A model generated the notes under the pieces. That model was not told the origin of the DNA, searched no databases, and worked only from the letters and a program-made list of their open reading frames with translations. A stretch of DNA of 64,000 nucleotides from a virus, in the IMG/VR virus record IMGVR_UViG_3300042397_000787; one strand, 5' to 3'. Positions within the stretch are counted from its first letter, which is position 1. Each line of letters begins with the position of its first letter. The translations under genes and the position numbers were made by a program. Below, piece after piece: positions 25,833 through 34,642 of this stretch.

Positions 25833-27160
25833 TAGTTGTCTCCCTTTTTATATTCTTGATCTACAAAGTTAAAAAATTGTTTGCGTTTTTCTTCATCAAG
25901 TTCCGAGGGAGACTTGATACCATACTGTGTAAGTGCTGCGTCAAATGTGGTCTTATAAGATTCATTCATCTGTGTGAAGGCAGCGATATCAGCCAGTGCT
26001 TCGCCGCGGCGAGATTCCTTTGCAAGAATTTTACGGCCAGCACGGATACGACTATTTAAACGGTTTCCATACTTTCTCATACTATCCAGGTCATTAACAT
26101 TTGCAACGACTTCACCCGGTTTAGTCTTTGCCTTATCCATATAAGATTGAAGTTTACCCTTTGAAAGTTCATCGATTGTTTCGACTTCTTCTTTCACACC
26201 AGCATTCATTTTTTTAGCATGAGCATGTGCAGCCTTGTGCTGGTCAGGAGATGTTTGCTTTGATTGGGTGTCTCCATAAGGAAACGACTTGACCACCTTT
26301 GATGTCATCAATGCCTGACCCATCGCATCTTTTTTCCCAGTAGGAATTTTTTTGTTCACATGATGTGCGTTATTGGCTGTGTGAACGAAATATGTTGCTT
26401 CTTCCAGATCGACTTCCTCAGTGCGAGAGTTTTTCAAATCGGCGGCGCTAGGTGCACCTTCTGAACCAGGCTTGCGCATACGTTCACCAGATCCTGATTT
26501 AATGCGCTTACGCTTTGCATGAATGTTATCCCAGAGGCCGCGCTTCTCTTCGACTGGCTCGGCTTCTTCATTCTTCTGGGTATTCATTGCCTTCTTAGCA
26601 AGATGTTTGGCAACGTTCTTTACCTTATTGCCGTATTCGTCTTTGCGCTCTCCGGCTTTTTTATATGGACCTTCAAACGGCATTTTTTCTTCATTCATTT
26701 CGCTTTGGAGATAGTTCGCTGCGGTTGAGATATAGTCTTCTGCTAGGGTAATCTTTGATTGAACCCACTCAGGAAGATTTGTATCTTCGCTCATCGAATC
26801 ATGCATACGTTGCGAGTTAGCAATGATTGACTTTAGTTGGGACATAGCCATGTCACCTTCATAGTCATACTCTTGCTTCTCTTTAGCTTCGGTTGCATAC
26901 GATTTAGCACCAACTCTGGCCTTATTAAAGATAGAATCATCACCCAGAACGATGAACATCATGGAATTTAAGAAGTTTGCCATGATGTCGCGCTCGGCGC
27001 CTTGAAGTGGATAACCACCTTGTATCTTAGTAATAGCTTTGCGCAATAGAGGAATAGTATTCGATGGCATTAGTCCAGCACGGACTAGTTGCTGCAAACG
27101 CATATCCAAATCTACTGACTCTGCCATTACAGTGTCTTTAATTGTTTGTTCGAGTGACAT
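25832..27160 (-). CDS. Modular putative capsid-internal polyprotein
   Basis: Basic modules separated by EExExxxE linkers; start moved to MSLEQ (GGAGA RBS). Confidence 0.65.
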   Translation of the reverse strand: MSLEQTIKDTVMAESVDLDMRLQQLVRAGLMPSNTIPLLRKAITKIQGGYPLQGAERDIMANFLNSMMFIVLGDDSIFNKARVGAKSYATEAKEKQEYDYEGDMAMSQLKSIIANSQRMHDSMSEDTNLPEWVQSKITLAEDYISTAANYLQSEMNEEKMPFEGPYKKAGERKDEYGNKVKNVAKHLAKKAMNTQKNEEAEPVEEKRGLWDNIHAKRKRIKSGSGERMRKPGSEGAPSAADLKNSRTEEVDLEEATYFVHTANNAHHVNKKIPTGKKDAMGQALMTSKVVKSFPYGDTQSKQTSPDQHKAAHAHAKKMNAGVKEEVETIDELSKGKLQSYMDKAKTKPGEVVANVNDLDSMRKYGNRLNSRIRAGRKILAKESRRGEALADIAAFTQMNESYKTTFDAALTQYGIKSPSELDEEKRKQFFNFVDQEYKKGDN

Positions 27161-27186
27161 TAGTATCTCCTTATCCTCTATATTTA

Positions 27187-27624
27187 TCACTTAGAGGATG
27201 CACGGATCATCCAACCGTGTTTTGCATGAACATCTAATCTCTCTTCGAGTAAGTTCAATAAGCCTCTATTATTTTCCGCGTCTGCCAATTTATGAGCCGA
27301 ATTAAGTGCTTCAATCACAGAGGCATTTGCGTCATTAAGGTCAGATAACATACCAGATACATCTACACCATAGATATTAGATTCTTTGATAGTAGTAATA
27401 GAAGCAAGTTCTGTCATATTATATGGCGCATATTCATCCAAAGCTCTAATTTGTTCCGCCACGGTGTCTATAGCCGCAAACAGTTCTTCGTAGATGTCAG
27501 AAAAGAAATCGTGCAGCTGGGAGAAGTCTTTACCTTCTACATTCCAGTGAAAGCCATGCGCCTTAAAATACATTGCATATGTATTTGCCAGAACAATTTT
27601 AAGGGAAGTATTCAACTCATCCAT
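27187..27624 (-). CDS. dps: Dps/ferritin-like DNA protection protein
   Basis: KAHGFHWNVEG, LHDFF, DTVAEQIRAL, KHGWM. Confidence 0.92.
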   Translation of the reverse strand: MDELNTSLKIVLANTYAMYFKAHGFHWNVEGKDFSQLHDFFSDIYEELFAAIDTVAEQIRALDEYAPYNMTELASITTIKESNIYGVDVSGMLSDLNDANASVIEALNSAHKLADAENNRGLLNLLEERLDVHAKHGWMIRASSK

Positions 27625-27625
27625 A

Positions 27626-29884
27626 TTATTTCTTCTTCGTTCTTGCGTTGGTCACGCGGCTCTGGTCACGCTTTCTTTCGCTTTGTTGTAGGCGGATTGA
27701 AAGTCTTGATACCATTGGTGCCATGCGCTTTACTTGTGCTTCGATACGTGCCTTTTCAGAGGCTGATACAGAAGATGGGTCGCGGTTACGAAGAATGCGC
27801 TTGTAAACCATTCTACGAGCGGCGCGAATTGAACGAGATTTAATTCTATCAGGTGTAGCAATACGCTTTAGCGCCATATTCTTTGCAAGATTGCGGCGAG
27901 TCTTGTTGCGCATTGCAGCAAATCTTTTCTTTAGACGACCCTGAGGAGTGATGGCTTCATCTAGTTCGCCTTCATTCTCATCTTCGTCTTCTACATCTTC
28001 GGCATCATAGTATTTACTTAGGTCTTGCCATGAAGAAGATTCAATTTCATTAGTGACATCAGCCTCAATTGCAGCCAAGTCACCCTCGGTCCATTGATTT
28101 ACCGTATCGTCGGCGCTCATATCATCTAAACCAGGTAGAGGTGATAGTTGATACGGCGAAGGATAATTTGCAGGTGAGATATTGTCAGTGCAAGGTCCCA
28201 TTGTCTGACCCATGGTCTCTTCTGAGATTGCTCTCATAAAATCAGCATGTGATTTGTGGGCGCGCTTGACTAGACTTTCTTTTTCGATTGAAGACTTCAA
28301 CGAGTGATAGCGGTCATTGAACTTCTCTACATGGTTAGGAGCTACGTGGTGTTCTGCACCATCATAGAACTTAACCTTGGAACCAATAGAAGTGGCTTTA
28401 CGAAGTTGCATAACAAGATGCTTAGGTTCTTCTGCTCTCTGGACTGCCTTTTTCTTTGCAATATCTTTCTTAGCCTTTGCGATTTTTTTCGGATCGGCAA
28501 GTGTCTTTCGTAGTTTGGCAGCAAATTCAGAACGCTTCTTGGCACCTAGGGCCGAGATTTCGTCGAGTTGTTGTTCTTGGATAGCATCACCAGAAAATGG
28601 ATTCATTGCTGGAATCTTATCAGCCGCTAGACCTTCTTGTCCTGGTGTCATAGCTGCCCACTTCTTGCGAAGTTCTGGGCTACCCCATTCGTCTTCTTTA
28701 CCTAGTTCTTCTTTGACAGTGCTGTTGTTTAGACGTTTTGCCATAGCACCACGAATTCGCGAGAGAGACCCGACACTGCTCTGTGGTGTTCTTGGTTTTT
28801 CAGCAGCAGGATGCATCGTAGGTTTAGCAATCGGCGGACGTTTTGGTGGCGTTTTCGGCGTATAACCATTACTAACGCTGTGTGCATTTTGGTCAATACC
28901 ATACTCGTTTATCTGCTCGATTTCTTCGTTACAATTCCAGCGGCGTAGTGACATAGCCTTACGGGTTGGACGACCCTTCTCATCCTTCATAGGACCTTTC
29001 ATGCCACCCATGCGGGCGCAGAATGACTTGCGACGACCAGCAGCTTCACCTTTTGGATCCAGCTTACTAGGAGGTGTAGTAACAGCCGTCTTGATACCCA
29101 TGGCCTTGGCACCCTTACGAGTTAGACCAGCGCCATCTTCTGTGGCACGGTAGTGACCCTTAGAGTCTTCGCCGCGCTCTTCTGGAAGAATTGAAGACTT
29201 AGTTACCTTTGATTTGAATACAGTGTGGTCAACACCGACTCTCTTTGCTGCAACCTTATGTGCATGAGCGGTGTTCTGAGCCTTAACATGGACCGAACCA
29301 GCAGCAACAGCTTTACCAGCATGTTGTTTAGGAAAGTCTACCTTCCACATGCCATATGCTTCTTCGACTTTGTTTGAGACTTCGATGGTCTGTGCATTCA
29401 ATGGCTTCTTGGCTTCATCGCCGTTTGCCGCCTTGTATGCTTTGTCCATATCTTCGTCGCTATCACTTTCTTGTGGCTTTAGACCAGCATTTGAATGGTA
29501 GCCATACTCACCTTCTTTAGGAAAGCCTTCTCTTGGATAATTATCAGCGGCTTCTTTGACATGACGACCCATGCCACTGGAATAGGTATTGAGTTCGTAT
29601 GGGTGTGTGCCGCCCTTGTTGAATACTTGAACATGTACCATGTGCTTCTTGCCACTAGTATGAGTGGCTGGCATACTTACAGAGGTGGTATTACCTTCGC
29701 TTGGCTTCTTTGAGCCAACACCAACGTGCTGGAATCTATCATCGTCACTTACACTAAGACCAGCCTTTTGGTGGTGTGATAGTGCGTGATTGATTGCATC
29801 GGTATATGATTTGTGATACAGTGTGTAATCAGAACCACGAGCCTCTTTCAGTCGCGCCTTTGCTTTCTCAATAATATTAGCCAT
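27626..29884 (-). CDS. Large modular putative capsid-internal polyprotein (includes RRKSFCARM module)
   Basis: About ten basic modules separated by [LIV]xE[AE]-type linkers; late promoter upstream. Confidence 0.7.
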   Translation of the reverse strand: MANIIEKAKARLKEARGSDYTLYHKSYTDAINHALSHHQKAGLSVSDDDRFQHVGVGSKKPSEGNTTSVSMPATHTSGKKHMVHVQVFNKGGTHPYELNTYSSGMGRHVKEAADNYPREGFPKEGEYGYHSNAGLKPQESDSDEDMDKAYKAANGDEAKKPLNAQTIEVSNKVEEAYGMWKVDFPKQHAGKAVAAGSVHVKAQNTAHAHKVAAKRVGVDHTVFKSKVTKSSILPEERGEDSKGHYRATEDGAGLTRKGAKAMGIKTAVTTPPSKLDPKGEAAGRRKSFCARMGGMKGPMKDEKGRPTRKAMSLRRWNCNEEIEQINEYGIDQNAHSVSNGYTPKTPPKRPPIAKPTMHPAAEKPRTPQSSVGSLSRIRGAMAKRLNNSTVKEELGKEDEWGSPELRKKWAAMTPGQEGLAADKIPAMNPFSGDAIQEQQLDEISALGAKKRSEFAAKLRKTLADPKKIAKAKKDIAKKKAVQRAEEPKHLVMQLRKATSIGSKVKFYDGAEHHVAPNHVEKFNDRYHSLKSSIEKESLVKRAHKSHADFMRAISEETMGQTMGPCTDNISPANYPSPYQLSPLPGLDDMSADDTVNQWTEGDLAAIEADVTNEIESSSWQDLSKYYDAEDVEDEDENEGELDEAITPQGRLKKRFAAMRNKTRRNLAKNMALKRIATPDRIKSRSIRAARRMVYKRILRNRDPSSVSASEKARIEAQVKRMAPMVSRLSIRLQQSERKRDQSRVTNARTKKK

Positions 29885-29916
29885 TAAAAGTATCTCCAGA
29901 AGCTAAACGTTTGCTA

Positions 29917-29924
29917 TATTTATA
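29917..29924 (-). promoter_or_regulatory. T4-type late promoter TATAAATA
   Basis: Exact consensus. Confidence 0.7.
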
Positions 29925-29928
29925 ACAA

Positions 29929-30444
29929 TTACTTCTTCGATTTCTCGGAGTTGATACGGTCAACCTCAGTTTTGTTATCTGCAATCCACTTCTGTAGAGC
30001 AATCAATTGCTGGGCGTTTTGCTGGCATCTGGAGTAGTTTGTGATGATTCCGACGAGGGCCGTAGTGTCTGTAATTCCTGAGGAGGACGCATCAGAAGCT
30101 CGGGTGGGGTCGGCATCACTGGCAGTGGCACTAGAGTCGTGCGTGAACACCCAGCCGTTAGACATAACAGACTGGCTAGGAACAATGTTTTTGGCGGTAT
30201 CAATGTAAACATATTCTTTCTCTCTAATTGTGTTTGTTCTATCAACATATTCAGTAACTACATTATTACTTATTTCAGCATTCTTTTTCTCAAGTTCGGC
30301 AACTTGTGTGCTTGCCTTAGCAGCAAATCTTTGTAGTTCTGCTTCGGCGTAGGCAGAGCCCTTCATATATCCATATAGGAATACACCAAGTATTAAAGCA
30401 GCGCCTGCTAGTAACTTATATGGGAGAGGGATCATACCAAACAT
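29929..30444 (-). CDS. i-spanin (Rz-like)
   Basis: N-terminal TM, periplasmic coiled coil, embedded lipoprotein ORF. Confidence 0.75.
   Translation of the reverse strand: MFGMIPLPYKLLAGAALILGVFLYGYMKGSAYAEAELQRFAAKASTQVAELEKKNAEISNNVVTEYVDRTNTIREKEYVYIDTAKNIVPSQSVMSNGWVFTHDSSATASDADPTRASDASSSGITDTTALVGIITNYSRCQQNAQQLIALQKWIADNKTEVDRINSEKSKK
30003..30212 (-). CDS. o-spanin (Rz1-like), embedded in an alternate frame
   Basis: Lipobox LTAG-C followed by Pro-rich PLPVMPTPPELLMRPP. Confidence 0.75.
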   Translation of the reverse strand: MFTLIPPKTLFLASLLCLTAGCSRTTLVPLPVMPTPPELLMRPPQELQTLRPSSESSQTTPDASKTPSN

Positions 30445-30454
30445 ATTTAATTCC

Positions 30455-30703
30455 TTATTCTTCTTCTGACTTCTTTGTTGGTTTCTTAGGCGCAAACTTT
30501 TCTACACCAGTAATACCAAGAGTGCCGATAACAATATACATTACACCGTTGAAGATAAACTCTTCAATGGTGAAGTCCCAGAATAGATTAGCAATGTAGC
30601 CAATGGCAATAAGTAGTGTAGCAACAACTGCTACCATACGTTTAGAAGATGGATTACCATTTTCTGACATCATATCTTTGATATATGTTAGAAATTTGCC
30701 CAT
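30455..30703 (-). CDS. Putative holin (2 TM)
   Basis: SSKR followed by two TM segments and a charged C-tail; directly upstream of the spanins. Confidence 0.65.
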   Translation of the reverse strand: MGKFLTYIKDMMSENGNPSSKRMVAVVATLLIAIGYIANLFWDFTIEEFIFNGVMYIVIGTLGITGVEKFAPKKPTKKSEEE

Positions 30704-30704
30704 G

Positions 30705-31313
30705 TTAGAGTCCTAGAAACGTTTTGAAGGACAAGGCTTCATGGAGGCCCATGCCACGGCGAACATCTTTATAGAGTTCGCTCTTATGCTTTGTGGACAT
30801 TGCACTAGGTGCCATCTTATGAAATTCTTTTTCGTTACCAGCGGCTGCATGTTGGCGCATCTTGGTACCAGAAGCGCCTGCTACACCTGTGTCAGCATCC
30901 GAACGTTCTTTACCAACGGTATGAATGGTAATCTTCTTAAAGTTGTAGTGGCCGTGACGACCTTCTTTGCCATTATACTTATGCGCGAGAGCATGGAATT
31001 CATGTGCGCGGTCTGAACCAACGTGTAAGTGTAAGTGTGTAACACCTTCACTATGAAGTCTTGACATTTGGTGTAGGAGAGTGGGATGTTCTTTATCTAG
31101 AAGACGAACATTGGCACCTGGAAATGCTCTCTTAGCATGTTTCAACTTCTGTTCAGGCGTCAAAGGATTCTTTTTAGAATCGTGTGTGCCAGTAAGAACG
31201 ATGGTATGTCCGTGGGTACCAGCCGTGTTACGAACTTGGTTTACAACAGCTTCATGACCCACGGTGATTGGGTTCATTCTACCTTGTGTGATATGATGAT
31301 GAACGTCAGCCAT
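30705..31313 (-). CDS. His-rich HIGH-type nucleotidyltransferase (cytidylyl/adenylyltransferase-like)
   Basis: GRMNPITVGH, KNPL, VGSDR, SGTKMR. Confidence 0.8.
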   Translation of the reverse strand: MADVHHHITQGRMNPITVGHEAVVNQVRNTAGTHGHTIVLTGTHDSKKNPLTPEQKLKHAKRAFPGANVRLLDKEHPTLLHQMSRLHSEGVTHLHLHVGSDRAHEFHALAHKYNGKEGRHGHYNFKKITIHTVGKERSDADTGVAGASGTKMRQHAAAGNEKEFHKMAPSAMSTKHKSELYKDVRRGMGLHEALSFKTFLGL

Positions 31314-32446
31314 TATTTGCCCTTGCTTGCTCTTAGAATTGCACTGCGCTCTCGGTTAGCTTTCGAGAAGCCTTCGCGGTCAACAACCTTCAGACCATGG
31401 GCGACATAACCTTCGCCGCCAGCGGCTGCACCATTAATATGCGTCGAGAACCCACCACCGGCGGCACGATCTAATCCTCTAGCAAGATGATTGGTCGCTT
31501 GTTGTAAATGGTGGTGAATTTGAAACGATCTTTGAAAGTGCTTTTTGCTGGCATCTACCTGCGATAGATGAGTATTCATAGTGGCAGTCTTGCGCTCTTT
31601 AGCAGCCGGAGTCTTGACGGCATCTATCAGTTTCTGGTGCGAAGTTTCTAAATGCTTCCTGTATCCTTCGACTGAAGGTTTTTCACCGCTTGTAACAGTT
31701 CTATTGATATAAGTTCTTAGATGTATTTCATGACCAGGCAGATGCTGATACGAGTGACTTTTCATCAACTTTTCTGCCGCACTCAGATGCTCTTCTGCTT
31801 GGGACTTAACTGTAGAATGAAGTTTGCGCTCTTTGTCTGATACAAGATGTTGTACCATGTGAACATCAGGATGTGATTGAAAGTGCGACATGTCCGTGAT
31901 AGGATGTGCGGTTCTTTCTGGACCCTTTAGCTCCGTATGTATAGTAACACTAACCTTGGATTTCTTTAGCTTCTTCGCTTCTTCGCTACCAGCATCCGCA
32001 CGATATTCAATCGTATTTGGAGTATGCGAGATGTGTGAGGTGTATTCTGATCTTCCAGAAGGTTCGCTCATATATCCGCCCTGGTATTCACCGGGCTTTT
32101 TTGGAATTACTTTACCCAGGTGGGCATGAAGTGCTTTCAGAGGACCAACAAGATATGGTTTATGGCCATGTTGCTTTTCAATATCTGCGGCAGAATAGTT
32201 GTAGTGAGAACCAGCACCCTTATACTTGACACCAATCTTACCATCAGGTGTTCGAATTACATGGAAAGACATTCTATCATCTATCTTACGAGTAGATGGT
32301 GTTTTCCCACGTGCAACACCACGCAAAGTTTCCAATGCGTGGTGTGCAGCGTCTTGACTATCAAATGATCTATCAGAGGGATGCTCTATATGAGCAATAC
32401 CACCAGTGTGGGTCGCCTCAGTGATAAATTGTGTAAAGGATAACAT
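31313..32446 (-). CDS. DUF6267-like His-rich protein with ligase-like motifs and N-terminal capsid-targeting-like peptide
   Basis: MLSFTQFITE; HIEHP; KIDD; PNTIEY; EGYV; KVVDR. Confidence 0.7.
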   Translation of the reverse strand: MLSFTQFITEATHTGGIAHIEHPSDRSFDSQDAAHHALETLRGVARGKTPSTRKIDDRMSFHVIRTPDGKIGVKYKGAGSHYNYSAADIEKQHGHKPYLVGPLKALHAHLGKVIPKKPGEYQGGYMSEPSGRSEYTSHISHTPNTIEYRADAGSEEAKKLKKSKVSVTIHTELKGPERTAHPITDMSHFQSHPDVHMVQHLVSDKERKLHSTVKSQAEEHLSAAEKLMKSHSYQHLPGHEIHLRTYINRTVTSGEKPSVEGYRKHLETSHQKLIDAVKTPAAKERKTATMNTHLSQVDASKKHFQRSFQIHHHLQQATNHLARGLDRAAGGGFSTHINGAAAGGEGYVAHGLKVVDREGFSKANRERSAILRASKGK

Positions 32447-32474
32447 AAGGGTCTCATCTCTATTGATTACCCTA

Positions 32475-32551
32475 TATTTATAATACTTTCGAATCACACT
32501 CTCTCTTTTCCATCTACTATTATATAGTAGCAGATTCTGAGGAAATGTCAA
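32475..32551 (-). promoter_or_regulatory. Late promoter (TATAAATA, 32475-32482) and upstream sigma70-type promoter (TTGACA-16-TACTAT)
   Basis: Consensus matches. Confidence 0.6.
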
Positions 32552-32560
32552 GCGGTATTT

Positions 32561-32911
32561 TTATGCCAGTATAGCACTCAATTCTTCGGTAACATCCACT
32601 GCGGTAAGATCGATAGGAGGAAAATCGATTGCACCATTTAGATTGGCTTGGAATGTTTCAGAATTTGTAGGGGCTTCTGCAAAATAAATTTCAAATCCAG
32701 CTACAGTTTCACGAACAAATGAATCGCCACCTTCAAACATGTGGGAAACTTTATCAAGTTCTTCATTAATCATTTCAAAGGTGGGTTCACCAGTAAAATA
32801 CTTGACGATATATTCTTTTGCACCAACTGTCTTCCATAATGGAAGGTCAGCACTACCAACATTTGTCCATACAAATGAGGATACTACAAGTTTAAGATTC
32901 AATTCGTCCAT
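32561..32911 (-). CDS. Hypothetical protein
   Basis: ORF with RBS downstream of tRNA-Arg; WKTVGAKEY motif. Confidence 0.65.
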   Translation of the reverse strand: MDELNLKLVVSSFVWTNVGSADLPLWKTVGAKEYIVKYFTGEPTFEMINEELDKVSHMFEGGDSFVRETVAGFEIYFAEAPTNSETFQANLNGAIDFPPIDLTAVDVTEELSAILA

Positions 32912-32927
32912 ATTATTTCCTAAAAAC

Positions 32928-33004
32928 TGGTGCGCCGTGCAGGACTCGAACCTGCTGCCTCAAGATTAGAAGTCTCGCGCTCTATCCAGATGAGCTAACG
33001 GCGC
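32928..33004 (-). tRNA. tRNA-Arg(TCT)
   Basis: Canonical cloverleaf, anticodon loop CTTCTAA, A20, CCA; own TTGACA promoter upstream. Confidence 0.95.
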
Positions 33005-33042
33005 ATAACTATTGTATACTACATTTATAACAGTTTGTCAAG

Positions 33043-34434
33043 TTAAAACTCAAACTTTGAAAAATCTCTTCGCTTACCAATGGTAGTATTTTCAAACACT
33101 GGAACATCGTCTTGCCCAGAGTCCATAATACCAGCCTGAGCATCATCTTCCAAGTCATACAGTTTCATCTTACCACGGTCGATACCAATCATGAAGCGTT
33201 TGTTCATACCTGGGTCGTTGTAACGATTCTTCAACTGCTTTATCATCAACTGGCCCATCTTGTCAAGTTCTTCTGTTGCGATAAGGGCAAACATCAAGTC
33301 AGCCGTAGCTGGTAGACCAAATGATTCTGAAGTATCTGTCAGTTCGACATCTGAATTGGCATAACCACTGCGGGTTGTCTGTGTAGCAGAAACGATTGGC
33401 AAATCAAACTCTACTGCCAGACCACGAAGTTCTTCTGCGATACCCTTAATGACTGTGTAAGAATTGGCACCAGACGATGCTTTGTAGCGACTAGATGCAC
33501 AAATATTCAGATAGTCAATGAAGATAACATCTGGCTTGAAGTTCCGCTTCAACTGGAGTTCGTTCAACAGAGCCTTGAAATGGCCTACATGGGCGCTGGC
33601 GGTTGGATATTCTTTGACAATCAAACGACCTTCTGTCTTCGAACGAATCTTTGCAATGCGCTGGTCAAACATAGACTTAGATAGGTCTTTGAGTTCTTGA
33701 ATGTTAACGTTCATCAAGTTGGCGTCAATACGTTCTGCGATACGTTCTTCTGCCATTTCAAGGGTGATATACAAAACGTTCTTGTTCTGACCCAATGCAC
33801 CAGCAGCCATGTGGCACATGAACAGAGACTTACCAACACCAGTACCAGCAAGAGCAATGTTCAATGTCTTATTTGGTAGACCACCATTGGTAATCTTGTT
33901 GAACATCTCGAGGTCAAACGGCAACTTAGTTTCTGCCCGGTGATAGAAATCAAAACGGTCTTCGGCGTTATCAATGTAGTCATGTCCTACGTTGTTATCA
34001 AACCCAACTGCCAATGCATCTTGGAGAATGGAAGGAATACCATCTTGCGAATGTACCTTGTCTTCGCCATCAATGATTTGAATCGATTGCATAATGGCAT
34101 TATACACCGCTCGGTCTTTGCAGAACTTTTCGGTCTGGTCTAGAAGCCACTTCTCATTGGCATCCACATCATCATCAAGTGCGGTTAGAGTTTCTGTAAC
34201 GTGCTGATACTCTTTTTCATTTACCTTGCGGTCATTTTGTAGAGCAATGTTTATGGCATCGATGGTAGGAAGAGAATTATATTTGGTAACAAATTCGTTG
34301 ATGTAACGATAGATTAACTTCTCGGCGTTGTCTGTAAAATATTCATCTTTAATGAATGGGATTACCTTACGCAGGTAATCCTCATCCGAAATCAACTTAC
34401 TTAGGATAATAGTTTCAATTTTCTTCTGCAACAT
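33043..34434 (-). CDS. 41: Replicative DNA helicase (gp41)
   Basis: AGTGVGKS, LEMAEE, IDYLNI, SESFGLPATAD, KNRY. Confidence 0.96.
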   Translation of the reverse strand: MLQKKIETIILSKLISDEDYLRKVIPFIKDEYFTDNAEKLIYRYINEFVTKYNSLPTIDAINIALQNDRKVNEKEYQHVTETLTALDDDVDANEKWLLDQTEKFCKDRAVYNAIMQSIQIIDGEDKVHSQDGIPSILQDALAVGFDNNVGHDYIDNAEDRFDFYHRAETKLPFDLEMFNKITNGGLPNKTLNIALAGTGVGKSLFMCHMAAGALGQNKNVLYITLEMAEERIAERIDANLMNVNIQELKDLSKSMFDQRIAKIRSKTEGRLIVKEYPTASAHVGHFKALLNELQLKRNFKPDVIFIDYLNICASSRYKASSGANSYTVIKGIAEELRGLAVEFDLPIVSATQTTRSGYANSDVELTDTSESFGLPATADLMFALIATEELDKMGQLMIKQLKNRYNDPGMNKRFMIGIDRGKMKLYDLEDDAQAGIMDSGQDDVPVFENTTIGKRRDFSKFEF

Positions 34435-34642
34435 TCACATCCTCTAGTTCAAAATATTCTTCATAATCATTAGCAATCTTCATACAACAATCTTCACATA
34501 CCCACTTCTCAAAAGTTAGGCCATGTTCTGAACCATGAAGACAGATTGCAGCATCTTTCTTAGGATTGATGCCGCAACCACATTCGTCACAGATTTTCGT
34601 ATTCTTCTGAAACATCTTCGTCAAGAATTTCCACATTTTCAC
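34415..34642 (-). CDS. Small Cys-rich hypothetical protein
   Basis: CDECGC...CEDCC, between uvsX and gp41. Confidence 0.5.
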   Translation of the reverse strand: MKMWKFLTKMFQKNTKICDECGCGINPKKDAAICLHGSEHGLTFEKWVCEDCCMKIANDYEEYFELEDVNVAEEN

